From the IMG/VR virus record IMGVR_UViG_3300025602_000002, positions 102,718 through 166,717 of that record: a stretch of DNA of 64,000 nucleotides, one strand, 5' to 3'. The DNA is from a virus (Duplodnaviria; Heunggongvirae; Uroviricota; Caudoviricetes). The first letter of the stretch is position 1, and every line of letters starts with the position of its first letter. A program made the position numbers and the translations under genes. Positions 1 through 8,433 of this stretch are shown piece by piece. Below the pieces are notes generated by a model. It saw only the letters and a program-made list of their open reading frames with translations, did no database searches and was not told the DNA's origin.

Positions 1-236
1 TCAGTTATACAGCATCTTCGCAGATAATCGAGTGCTCCTCCTATCTGACTGCACGTTATGGGCCAATTATTCCCACTTTCACTTTACTATGCGGCTTTAA
101 AGCAGTTTAGCTAGTTTATAGTGTTGCCTACAGGTTCACGGCCTCTGGAGATACCAGATATTTATTGGGGCTTGGCTCCTGTAGTACAGATCGCGTATCC
201 TCCGACACCTTAGTCATGGGATAGGTCTTTTCAAAG

Positions 237-321
237 TGACCAGAGAGGGGGTCGAACCCTCATGGGCATAAAGCCCGCGAAATTTTAAGTCTCGTGCGTA
301 TACCAACTCCGCCACCTGGCC
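237..321 (-). tRNA. tRNA-Leu(TAA)
   Basis: Minus-strand cloverleaf with a 7-bp acceptor stem (two G-U pairs), GAGGG/TTCGACC/CCCTC T-arm, anticodon loop CTTAAAA and a long variable arm GGGC-TTTAT-GCCC. Confidence 0.7.
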
Positions 322-602
322 GTTACTTAGTTTTATATTGTCGTTTAGTTTTTCTAAATCGTTTCCAATTTCTATCACGAATAAATGAGCCATTTTCCCA
401 ACCGCCATGGTATGGGCATCTGTCGCAATTAATATTTCTGCGGCTGAGCTCTTTTCTTTTATAGAGTATTTTGTATAGCCTATTAATAGTAGTCCATACA
501 AACTCTTCGTACATTTTGTGTTTCACTTTAACTTCTCCTATTTAAGGGTGTTAAAGTGCGATATATTCCTTTTTCATTTTAAATTTCTTTCGTTAATTAA
601 TA

Positions 603-1643
603 TTATGCCATTTTTCTAAATGGCTCCATTATAGGTACATTGTCTGCTAAAAACCATTCTAAAGTACCTACCGTATCTGCCCCTATTAAGAATCCGTGAT
701 TCTTTAAATTTATAGCAAATAGAGTAGCTAATGGTTTTGTTATTTTAAGAATTTCCTCTACCTCTCTAAGATCCCCGCATGGGTAATAATGTTCAGTACT
801 GCGTCCCTCTTTAAAAAAGGCATGCCCATGAATCATAAAATTAATTTTAGGAAGCTTTTTATATAATTCTAATTGAACCGGTGTATCTACAGAGGGTTTA
901 TTATCCCCAACATAGCCGTCATTAGTTACGTATACCATGTCTCCAGCTTCTAACTCAAGTTTACTAACGTTACGAGGGGAAACTAAACAACCGCTTTCAC
1001 TTCTTACAGATGGAAATGTAGACATACATCTAGTGCTACAGTTGCCAAAGTATCTATCGGAAGTTCCTTCCATTATATTTTTTGCATTTTCTCTTACTAA
1101 ATGCATAAATTCTTCAATTTCAGTATGTTTTGGTGTAGAAACTCTTTTTTGCTGACTATTCCAGTTATAAAATGTATGAATAGTATTAGCTAATGCTGAA
1201 GTATTACAAGTAGTTATCCAAATATTTCCTAAAGCGTCAATAAGACTAAAAGTTTTAAAATTAGGAGTATTTTCAATTGCAATTACTGCATTTGCCCGCA
1301 TTTTAAAAATTCGTTGAACAGCCTCAAAATATTTATGGTGGCCTGTTAGAGCTTTTTCTATTAACCTCTCTGTGCTTTCCGCCCTACGAACCACTTTAGA
1401 AACAATTAAGCAAGAACCTACTTTTTTTATTGGATACTGCTTAGTTACTGCATTAGAAATATTAGGCATCCAAATTGTAAGCCCGTCAACCTTTTCAGGT
1501 AAATCTTTGACATCTCCACCATTATAAACTGTAGGAACCTCAAAAAAGCGTGCTAATTTAATTATAATACTTGATTCTTTTTTTAAAGTTTTATCTCCAA
1601 AAATTGGTTCTTGCCAGTTGCCTCCTACTATTGTAGTTTTCAT
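603..1643 (-). CDS. Hypothetical protein, 346 aa
   Basis: Long ORF in the supplied track, TAA stop. No confident family assignment from sequence. Confidence 0.5.
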   Translation of the reverse strand: MKTTIVGGNWQEPIFGDKTLKKESSIIIKLARFFEVPTVYNGGDVKDLPEKVDGLTIWMPNISNAVTKQYPIKKVGSCLIVSKVVRRAESTERLIEKALTGHHKYFEAVQRIFKMRANAVIAIENTPNFKTFSLIDALGNIWITTCNTSALANTIHTFYNWNSQQKRVSTPKHTEIEEFMHLVRENAKNIMEGTSDRYFGNCSTRCMSTFPSVRSESGCLVSPRNVSKLELEAGDMVYVTNDGYVGDNKPSVDTPVQLELYKKLPKINFMIHGHAFFKEGRSTEHYYPCGDLREVEEILKITKPLATLFAINLKNHGFLIGADTVGTLEWFLADNVPIMEPFRKMA

Positions 1644-1666
1644 TTGTTTTCCTTTTCTTAAATTTG

Positions 1667-1741
1667 TGACCCCTGACGGATTTGAACCGCCGACACCCTG
1701 GATGTAAACCAGGTGCTCTGCCCAGACTGAGCTAAGGAGCC
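1667..1741 (-). tRNA. tRNA-Val(TAC)
   Basis: Acceptor GGCTCCT/AGGGGTC, D-arm GCTCAGTCTGGGCAGAGC, anticodon stem CCTGG/CCAGG with loop TTTACAT, T-loop TTCAAAT. Confidence 0.75.
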
Positions 1742-1745
1742 AAAG

Positions 1746-1792
1746 GGCGGGCTTTTCACCCGCTCGTCGAGGTATAGGCCCCGCTACACTTT
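1746..1792 (-). terminator. Possible rho-independent terminator after CDS 1795..2544
   Basis: GC hairpin GCGGG-TGAAAAG-CCCGC on the minus strand followed by CTTTGG. The T-run is weak. Confidence 0.3.
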
Positions 1793-1794
1793 CT

Positions 1795-2544
1795 TTAGAA
1801 TTCGACAGATAGTGCCAATATCTTAGACTCTCCGTCTTCGTATACTAAATAGGCGTTGCCGAATTTATAACCAATACCCCAAAGGGCTTCGTCATCCATT
1901 TCGCCATATAAACCTACCATATTACCCCACTGAAGTGAAGTAGTATACCAAAGAATCTCATCTTCAACGTATTCAAACTGAACTTTTTCAGTCATATTGA
2001 AAAATGAAGCTTCTGTATTAAAATCCCAAATAGGTTCTGCGCCGGGGGCGTTACTATCTGAATATCCTAACTGAAGCGTGTCTATTCCTAAAAGATCATT
2101 AAAGTTTGGAGCAATTCTCCAACAATAATTATCGTTGTTCTGATAGAAAATTCCAAAATCTCTATCTCCTACTAAAACTCCAGTTTGCACGTCGTGCATT
2201 CTAGGAGTAGAATAGAAGTTGCTTTGAGAAGGTCTATGTAAGGCCCAAGCATTTCCATAAGGAAGTGGTTGTAGTCCTACTGTAAACAATCCAAAACGGA
2301 TGTTGGCTTCTTCTACATTGACCAATTGACTCTCAATGTTGAGGCCCAGGTTCCAATTTTCGCCTTGAAGTTGGAATCCCAGATAGCCAAGATCGTTTGT
2401 TAGTGAATCGCTATCGCTAACATTTAAAAAGGTTTCAAAATCCCCACTAATAGTGATATCCTGCGAAACAGTAGTATCAAATGTAGGGAACTGGGCCATT
2501 GTAAATGTAAACAGCGTTACACATAGCAAAAGTATCTTTTTCAT
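1795..2544 (-). CDS. Putative secreted outer-membrane beta-barrel protein
   Basis: N-terminal signal peptide MKKILLLCVTLFTFTMA and an alternating hydrophobic C-terminus ending in a terminal Phe (...ILALSVEF), as in outer-membrane protein signatures. Confidence 0.45.
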   Translation of the reverse strand: MKKILLLCVTLFTFTMAQFPTFDTTVSQDITISGDFETFLNVSDSDSLTNDLGYLGFQLQGENWNLGLNIESQLVNVEEANIRFGLFTVGLQPLPYGNAWALHRPSQSNFYSTPRMHDVQTGVLVGDRDFGIFYQNNDNYCWRIAPNFNDLLGIDTLQLGYSDSNAPGAEPIWDFNTEASFFNMTEKVQFEYVEDEILWYTTSLQWGNMVGLYGEMDDEALWGIGYKFGNAYLVYEDGESKILALSVEF

Positions 2545-2588
2545 ATTTCTCCTTGTTTATTATTCTATTATCGTGACACATGTCACTG

Positions 2589-2672
2589 TACCTTCGGAGA
2601 GACTTGAACTCTCAAGATCTTTCAACCAACGGTGTCTAAGACCGCCGTGTATACCATTTCCACCACGAAGGC
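2589..2672 (-). tRNA. tRNA-Leu(TAG), class II
   Basis: Anticodon stem GCGGT/ACCGT with loop CTTAGAC, long variable arm, T-arm GAGAG/TTCAAGT/CTCTC. The 1-72 pair is G-T. Confidence 0.55.
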
Positions 2673-2676
2673 ATTG

Positions 2677-2752
2677 TGGCCGGGACAGGGCTCGAACCTG
2701 TAGCTGACAGGGATTTAGAGTCCCCCGCTCTATCCAATTGAGCTACCCAGCC
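2677..2752 (-). tRNA. Amber suppressor tRNA (anticodon CTA); amino-acid identity undetermined
   Basis: GGCTGGG TA GCTC AATTGGATA GAGC G GGGGA-CTCTAAA-TCCCT GTCAGCT ACAGG-TTCGAGC-CCTGT CCCGGCC A. Positions 34-36 of the 7-nt loop are CTA, with U33 and A37 present. The acceptor stem pairs with one G-U. Confidence 0.7.
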
Positions 2753-2757
2753 ACTAT

Positions 2758-3054
2758 TTATAAGGTTCTTAAGCTTTTAAATAATTTATTATTATTTTCA
2801 ACTGCAATAGCAGTTAGTTGCCCGTCTAAATCAGGCTCATAAAAAGAGGAATGACTAACATCCCGGGATGAAAGTTTGTATTGCCATTTTTCGAGCTCCT
2901 GTTCATCCCGAACTGCAAGATAAATGAGATAATCGTTATTCCATTCCTGTGTGTTGCCATTAAGTAAAATTTCTGCAACTGCATGCCCTCCTTGGACTGC
3001 TGCGTAAACTGGATCTAAATCCTTTCTACATAATATAAATAAAAAAGGGGACAT
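2758..3054 (-). CDS. Possible Pth2-like peptidyl-tRNA hydrolase
   Basis: 98 aa. The motif AAVQGGHAVAE resembles the Pth2 catalytic motif. The call is from memory only and is weak. Confidence 0.25.
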   Translation of the reverse strand: MSPFLFILCRKDLDPVYAAVQGGHAVAEILLNGNTQEWNNDYLIYLAVRDEQELEKWQYKLSSRDVSHSSFYEPDLDGQLTAIAVENNNKLFKSLRTL

Positions 3055-3056
3055 GA

Positions 3057-3335
3057 TTATGACCCCTCCTGAATTCTTTCGACGTATTCTTCTTTATATA
3101 ATGTTATTCTAGTTTCATTTGGGGGATTTTTGGTATGTCTCTCGATCTGCTCACGAGTGCGACCTCTAAGCTCACAGCGCGCAATATGCCTATGTCTAAA
3201 CTCTGTAGACTTTGTCTCAATATTACACTGTAATTGCCAATCTGATCCATTTCCTTTTCTTTCCTTTTTGAGATCTCTGATCCCCTTTCCTAAACTTTTT
3301 TGTTCTTCTTTAATTTCTAAAATTGTTTTGTTCAT
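3057..3335 (-). CDS. Hypothetical basic protein
   Basis: ORF of 92 aa, rich in Lys/Arg/Glu. Confidence 0.35.
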   Translation of the reverse strand: MNKTILEIKEEQKSLGKGIRDLKKERKGNGSDWQLQCNIETKSTEFRHRHIARCELRGRTREQIERHTKNPPNETRITLYKEEYVERIQEGS

Positions 3336-3517
3336 GTCTTCTCCTTGAAGTTTGTTACTTAGTTACTTGTATTTTTATGTAATCTAAGTTTCAAGGAGGA
3401 CCTCGCAAACAAATCTAGCTAAATTGCATTATGTAATTCTTCTTCATTTTTAAATATAACTATTAGTTTTGGTTAAATCAATTGTTTTCTTTATCTTTCG
3501 CCACCGCCTTAATATGT

Positions 3518-3590
3518 GGTCCAGGATGGAGTTGAACCATCAACCTCCCGGTTATCAGCCGGGTGCTCTAACCAATTGAGCTACCGGACC
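3518..3590 (-). tRNA. tRNA-Ile(GAT)
   Basis: Acceptor GGTCCGG/CCTGGACC, anticodon stem CCCGG/CCGGG with loop CTGATAA, T-loop TTCAACT. Confidence 0.75.
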
Positions 3591-3596
3591 AGTTTA

Positions 3597-3971
3597 TTAA
3601 GATGCATTTAATAATAAGTGTTGAACGTATCCAGCCTCTATAAAGTGATAAAGCGCTGCAAAAGCTGGTACTAAAAAAGCCACCCCTACAATATGTAAGA
3701 TTATTATGTATTTAGCTATTAAGATTATTGCTATTGCGGCAATAACTTTTAAACTAGCTGAAGTCAAACTTAACTGTTGACTATACTGTACCCCTGCGGT
3801 TTTATATGCGCTAATTGAGAGTAACCCTAACCCTGCAAATATAAAATTGCATACTATTATTTCCACAGAGGTAGTTAAGAGCCCTATTGCAAGAAAAATG
3901 CAATACCATAGAATCATAACGCTAAATCCGTTTTTTATTTGTATATTCCCTAATTGTATAAATGAGAACAT
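3597..3971 (-). CDS. Hypothetical membrane protein
   Basis: Several hydrophobic helices; directly downstream of tRNA-Ile. Confidence 0.4.
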   Translation of the reverse strand: MFSFIQLGNIQIKNGFSVMILWYCIFLAIGLLTTSVEIIVCNFIFAGLGLLSISAYKTAGVQYSQQLSLTSASLKVIAAIAIILIAKYIIILHIVGVAFLVPAFAALYHFIEAGYVQHLLLNAS

Positions 3972-3983
3972 ATTTTTCCTTTC

Positions 3984-4352
3984 TTATTTTTTATATTTTA
4001 TCCATTCCGCAAGCCATATATCTGCTCGAGAATGTATTTTTGGCCAAATAAGTCCCCTAACTTGCACAGGGATTATTTTGAGCTTGTTGAGACGTGTTTT
4101 AAACTGCGCTTTTTTGAAGGCCTCCGCAGCTTCTTTCGTAGGCAATAAATGCCAACCTGAAGTATATACCGTAGCATGACTTCCATCCTTTATTGGTTTC
4201 TGATCAGACTTTAGCCATTTATTAGGCTCTAAGTGTCTAGATCGGTTTGTTCCATGGAATAGTGTGCGTACTCCGCCCTTATACTCTTCCACAATTCTAT
4301 AATATATTGTCGTCGTTTTCAGTTGTCGAATATTAGGGCGATTGTCTTTCAT
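3984..4352 (-). CDS. Hypothetical protein
   Basis: ORF of 122 aa, TAA stop. Confidence 0.4.
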   Translation of the reverse strand: MKDNRPNIRQLKTTTIYYRIVEEYKGGVRTLFHGTNRSRHLEPNKWLKSDQKPIKDGSHATVYTSGWHLLPTKEAAEAFKKAQFKTRLNKLKIIPVQVRGLIWPKIHSRADIWLAEWIKYKK

Positions 4353-4720
4353 TAATTATTTTTGATTGTTATCGTTATTTTTGTATCTTTGGGAATTAGT
4401 TCCTTTCCTGGGCACCATCTCGGACTTGGTATATCTCCAAAAGTAGTAAAGCAGTTTTCGCCTCCAATTTTTGGAAAAGTTGTTACCTTACAGCAATACT
4501 GCATGTACTGTATTCCCTGCCCATTTGCAGTATATTCATGAGTATCTACCAAGTATTTACAACCGTTACAATACTGATCGTAGTTATCTATTTCCCAAAT
4601 GGTAGCTAAGTCATATCCTTTACTTTCACAGGTAGGGCAAGGAATTGGCCACGGTACTAAACCTTTAGCGTCATATTTACCCTTACCCTCGCACGTTTTA
4701 CAAACTATTTTTACTTTCAT
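4352..4720 (-). CDS. Cys-rich, probably zinc-binding, protein
   Basis: CxxC pairs: CKTCEGKG, CPTCESKG, CNGCKY. Confidence 0.4.
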   Translation of the reverse strand: MKVKIVCKTCEGKGKYDAKGLVPWPIPCPTCESKGYDLATIWEIDNYDQYCNGCKYLVDTHEYTANGQGIQYMQYCCKVTTFPKIGGENCFTTFGDIPSPRWCPGKELIPKDTKITITIKNN

Positions 4721-5271
4721 TAGCAGTTACCTATAAATCCACGATCCTCTTGTAAAGAATCATAAATATCGGGAATTAACCCCTTTTTAAATCTTTGTTC
4801 TTTCCGATGAGCTAATACTACATTTACGGCTGCTGCTAAATTAGTACAGTGGGCCGTGGGTAGTACCACAAATCGATGACAATGTTGTAATGTTTTCCAA
4901 TCCAGCCCACCATCTTCTGGGCCGAATACATACACTGCGTTTTCAGGATGTTCAAAATCAAATAACATTTCAGATCCAGGCCTTAATTCTATTGCTACCG
5001 GAACTGTGTCTTCGCTAAAATTTTTCAATGTATGTTTTAACGTATCAACTCTATGCATAGATACTTCTTTGTATCCCTTCATACGTTCTTCCCTTGGAAG
5101 TCTATATTTTTCTGTCCATTCATCTGGATGCTGCACTCTATGTCCAGTCCAATAAACTTGCTCTGCTCCCCAACATGACGCTGCCCTAACTGTAGCTCCA
5201 ACGTTAACTGCAAACTTTGGGTTTGTCAGCATTATTGCAGGAGATATACCTTTAATTCTTTTAGGCTTCAT
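4720..5271 (-). CDS. SpoU/TrmH-family (SPOUT) RNA 2'-O-methyltransferase-like
   Basis: Motifs AVYVFGPEDGGL and FVVLPT...NLAAAVNVVLA match the SPOUT motifs II and III. Confidence 0.45.
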   Translation of the reverse strand: MKPKRIKGISPAIMLTNPKFAVNVGATVRAASCWGAEQVYWTGHRVQHPDEWTEKYRLPREERMKGYKEVSMHRVDTLKHTLKNFSEDTVPVAIELRPGSEMLFDFEHPENAVYVFGPEDGGLDWKTLQHCHRFVVLPTAHCTNLAAAVNVVLAHRKEQRFKKGLIPDIYDSLQEDRGFIGNC

Positions 5272-5631
5272 TTATAGCTCCTTAAACTCTTCCACAAATT
5301 TTGCCCAGGTTCCTGCATGGTCTAATCTAATGGATATTACATTATCATTATATCCGCATTGTATATAAGTACTAGATATGGAATGTAGTGTATAAGCCAC
5401 TGCCATACAAGGGCCCGTGATATCCATATTAGCATACGGAGTCCCATGTAATATGCTAATTATGTCAGGATCTATTATTTGGGCATACTTATTAACATCG
5501 CATGAGTCGCGGAGTCCTGCCTGTACTATAGCTCCTCGTATTAGTGTTAGGGCTTCTATCTGCCAAGTTTTTTCTGAATAGGTAGGGACTACTGGGTTAG
5601 TATAATCTTTATATGTTTTAATTTGTATCAT
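5272..5631 (-). CDS. Hypothetical protein
   Basis: ORF of 119 aa. Confidence 0.35.
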   Translation of the reverse strand: MIQIKTYKDYTNPVVPTYSEKTWQIEALTLIRGAIVQAGLRDSCDVNKYAQIIDPDIISILHGTPYANMDITGPCMAVAYTLHSISSTYIQCGYNDNVISIRLDHAGTWAKFVEEFKEL

Positions 5632-5639
5632 TTTATTTT

Positions 5640-6330
5640 TTGGTTAAGTTATCAGTTATAAACTAAATCGCCGAATAGAAGGGATCTTGGGGCTCTATTC
5701 GACGACTCTTCTCCAGTATTGCTACTGGGTAAAGGTGTTTCAAGTTGTTCAGGTCGCTCACCGAGGATCTCATGAATGTTTGGCGTTAGTTCGATCGGTG
5801 ATCAACCCGATAGCGTAGGCCCTCTCAACAGATCGCTGTGTGCGATACATCCTCTGTTCCAATCGTACATCCTCTGTGCCCTCAAGGCAACTTGAAAGTT
5901 TAATTAATGTATATAAATAGTGTGCTGTTACGCCAAAGACAACTAGGAGGCACTCCTAGCTACAGCCCCCAATGCCTTTTCCCTGGAGGTAGATTTTATC
6001 CAACTGCTACGTCATGTTTAGAGCATGAGTTATCACTCTTTAAAAGATGGCTGCTTCTAAGCCTACTTCCTACTTATAATTTGGTCGCGAGTGTAGTTTA
6101 TTACACTACATTCCCTCTCTAACAAAGAGGTTCCTAGACTTAGACGAACTCGCGTTAATTGGTGGGGAAGTACAGGATCTTGCACCTGCGCTGATATGCA
6201 TCAGCATATATCCGGATAACTTCCCCTCTAGCAGTTAGGATAGGACTTAAACCTATATATGTTACTAATCGCCAGTGACTGTTCACGCCACCCGTTTTTC
6301 ACATGTCTTAGTCTATTTGGACGACCTAAC
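5640..6330. other. GC-rich structured noncoding region upstream of a tRNA cluster
   Basis: No ORF of 60 aa or more on the gene strand. GC content is visibly above the AT-rich coding regions. Stable hairpins such as CTAGGAG-GCA-CTCCTAG are present. Confidence 0.4.
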
Positions 6331-6333
6331 TAT

Positions 6334-6420
6334 TGGTTGCGGTGACAGGACTTTAACCTGTGTCCTCCCCCCTGCCTGGGGGGCGAGCTATTCTCTGCTC
6401 TACACCGCGCCTATTAGGTT
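6334..6420 (-). tRNA. Degenerate initiator-like tRNA element (pseudo-tRNA?)
   Basis: C1-A72 mismatch and a GCAACCA 3' end like the adjacent tRNA-fMet, with good D- and T-arms. The anticodon arm is CCCCC-CAGGCAG-GGGGG with A at position 33, so it is not a canonical decoding tRNA. Confidence 0.35.
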
Positions 6421-6467
6421 TATTGTACCTTATTAACTAATAGGATTATTGCCTTCCGACAATGAAT

Positions 6468-6545
6468 TGGTTGCGGGGGAGGGATTCGAACCCCCGACCT
6501 CAAGGTTATGAGCCTCGCAAGCTACCAGACTGCTATCACCCCGCG
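6468..6545 (-). tRNA. tRNA-fMet (initiator, CAT)
   Basis: Close match to the bacterial initiator: CGCGGGG...GGCTCATAACC...GGTTCGAATCC...CCCCGCAACCA, with the C1-A72 mismatch and an encoded CCA. Confidence 0.75.
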
Positions 6546-6614
6546 TTTGATTTTTAAATTGGTAGCTCTCAACCTCAGCTCATGAGGCCACGGTTTTGTG
6601 CACTGAGAGCCTTG

Positions 6615-6686
6615 TAGCGGGAGCGGGGATCGAACCCGCGTTGAAAGAGTTATGAGTCCTTTCCGGAAGCCAACATCCTTCCCGCG
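6615..6686 (-). tRNA. Atypical tRNA-like element with a CAT anticodon motif
   Basis: Perfect T-arm GCGGG-TTCGATC-CCCGC and a 6-of-7 acceptor stem, but the anticodon arm has a 9-nt loop ACTCATAAC. It may be a degenerate Met/Ile2-type tRNA. Confidence 0.3.
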
Positions 6687-6916
6687 TCTATTTCTTTTCC
6701 GGAGCATTTTCCAATGGACAACCTTTTAAAAGACCTCTATTTTTAAAGTCCGCCTTTTCTCCAAATTGTAACGTCCATTTATCCGGTTCTGACAGTTTGC
6801 TGATTAGAGGGCATCCAGTCCATTTAGGGCATTGGGAACAACTTCCCACCCTTATCATTTTTTGCATAACTGCTCCTTTATTTTGTATACTGGTTATATA
6901 CTTAAGTATAGTGGTT

Positions 6917-7300
6917 TTAATTCTCAAAATCAAATAAGAATTCTACATTATCTACTTCAATTAATTCTTTTAGTCTATTACAAATGATTTTTTCCCAGAT
7001 ACCGTACTTATTAGCCAACCCGCTTCCTAGTTTTGATATGAGGAATATGTTATCATGTTTGACTTGTATCATAGCTGTTAACATATCAAATTCGTTTTCA
7101 AAAACTGTTTTGTATTCTTCCGGATGGTAGTATGAGCTATCTTTATAATTAGGATACTTTTTTGTAATAAACCCAAGGACATTAGGGAGGTCTCTAAGCT
7201 CTGAAGCACCTTTTTTACCTTTTCGTAATAAATTATCTCCAAACACAAAAATGTGTGTGGGATTTTCTATTAGATATTCTTCTGTAATTATTCTTTCCAT
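6917..7300 (-). CDS. Hypothetical protein
   Basis: ORF of 127 aa immediately downstream of the NAD cluster. Confidence 0.4.
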   Translation of the reverse strand: MERIITEEYLIENPTHIFVFGDNLLRKGKKGASELRDLPNVLGFITKKYPNYKDSSYYHPEEYKTVFENEFDMLTAMIQVKHDNIFLISKLGSGLANKYGIWEKIICNRLKELIEVDNVEFLFDFEN

Positions 7301-7303
7301 AAT

Positions 7304-7840
7304 TTATTCTTTATATAGTTGATGTCCTATAATATAGCCAAAGATACTTCCGTCGAGTAATCTTCCAGCCAACTCATACTCAGCTTTACAAATGTGTTCT
7401 CTAACTTTACCGCTACTTGCGTGAGTATACTCTGAAATCTTTCCTAAATCAATCGACTCTATAGCTGCGCATTTTTTAATTTCATCAATATCCTGCCACT
7501 TATGAACTTCTAACCCAGTATCATCATCGCCTACATAAATTACAATATTCACATTATAATACATAATCTGTATATGATTAATTAAACTCATCATATACGT
7601 ATGGTTATAATGTAATATAAAGTTATTTGGGAAAGCTTTAGCACACATTGCTACTTTGTCGTTGTAATCGCTTTGAAGAGGTTGTTCTATTTTAAAGGGA
7701 TTAAATGACGGGCAAATAAGTAATAAATCTGAACTAGGGTATTCGGAGTTATATATTTTATTATTTAAGTATTCAACAGCTGCCATATGTCCCAAGTGAG
7801 GAGGATCAAATGACCCCCCGTATATGTGAATTGTTCTCAT
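7304..7840 (-). CDS. Nicotinamide/nicotinate mononucleotide adenylyltransferase
   Basis: N-terminal motif IYGGSFDPPHLGHM, the (H/T)xGH motif of this family. Confidence 0.75.
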   Translation of the reverse strand: MRTIHIYGGSFDPPHLGHMAAVEYLNNKIYNSEYPSSDLLLICPSFNPFKIEQPLQSDYNDKVAMCAKAFPNNFILHYNHTYMMSLINHIQIMYYNVNIVIYVGDDDTGLEVHKWQDIDEIKKCAAIESIDLGKISEYTHASSGKVREHICKAEYELAGRLLDGSIFGYIIGHQLYKE

Positions 7841-8433
7841 TATTTCATCCTTATATATTCGTAATTTGGAGATTCCATAAAAGATAATCCTGCTGCAAAT
7901 GACAGAAGTCTGCTTGAGATTTCTACTTTTTTTGCTTTTTCAGAGGCTATGAAACTAAGTAAATTATAACCATTAATTAAGATTATTTGGTCTATATCTT
8001 CAAAGTCTCCTAACGACTGTTGCTCTGGTAAGTAACTTCCTAAAGCTCCCATTACTAAATGAGTTGCTTCATCTGACATTCCTGCGGTATTGATGGCTGC
8101 AGGAAATACTCTACAAGCCCCGTCTACTTCATATCCAGTTTCCTCCAACAATTCTCTACGCATAGCGTCTTCTGGAGTTTCTCCCTCTTCTATCATACCT
8201 GCTGGAAATGACCAAATGTAGTTATCTAACGCAGGTCTCCACTCCTTAATTAGTAAGAATCTTCCAGAGCGGTCATGAAATACTCCCGCTACAGACTTTT
8301 GGTTTCCAATTCTTCTAACTATTTCCCAATCAGTAGTTTCTCCAGCTTCATTTTCTAGATTTAATGTTTCAGCTATTACATGTTGGGGCTCTATTAAAGC
8401 GTCTGATACAAATTTAATCTTAATTTTTGGCAT
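7840..8433 (-). CDS. Nudix hydrolase, possibly ADP-ribose pyrophosphatase
   Basis: Nudix box GMIEEGETPEDAMRRELLEETG. Confidence 0.75.
   Translation of the reverse strand: MPKIKIKFVSDALIEPQHVIAETLNLENEAGETTDWEIVRRIGNQKSVAGVFHDRSGRFLLIKEWRPALDNYIWSFPAGMIEEGETPEDAMRRELLEETGYEVDGACRVFPAAINTAGMSDEATHLVMGALGSYLPEQQSLGDFEDIDQIILINGYNLLSFIASEKAKKVEISSRLLSFAAGLSFMESPNYEYIRMK

Noticed and set aside
214-526. Track ORFs 214..501 and 323..526 on the minus strand
   Set aside because: Both run through tRNA-Leu(TAA) at 237-321. At most a short upstream portion (about 335-501) could be a real small gene; I did not call it.
937-1155. Short ORFs antisense to longer genes (for example 937..1155, 3130..3348, 14026..14223, 20934..21311, 23601..24170, 33143..33532, 48691..49131)
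   Set aside because: Each is fully embedded, antisense, in a longer ORF with better motif support. They are typical shadow ORFs of AT-rich DNA.
5690-6010. Possible tmRNA (ssrA): the plus strand starts GGGGCTCTATTCGACG, like the tmRNA 5' end, and a downstream CAGCCCC could pair with it
   Set aside because: No T-arm (GGTTCGA-type loop) precedes the putative 3' acceptor strand. Only a tight CTAGGAG-GCA-CTCCTAG hairpin is there, with no CCA or tag-peptide frame. I report the region as an unassigned structured region instead.
6522-6933. Track ORFs 6522..6707 and 6688..6933, and plus-strand ORFs 9948..10426
   Set aside because: They overlap the tRNA-fMet and tRNA-like elements and the Met/Ser/Phe tRNA genes respectively. 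Composition is driven by GC-rich tRNA sequence. An internal Met-initiated piece of 6688..6933 (MQKMIRVGSCSQCPKWTGC...) might be a small zinc-finger gene but is unproven.
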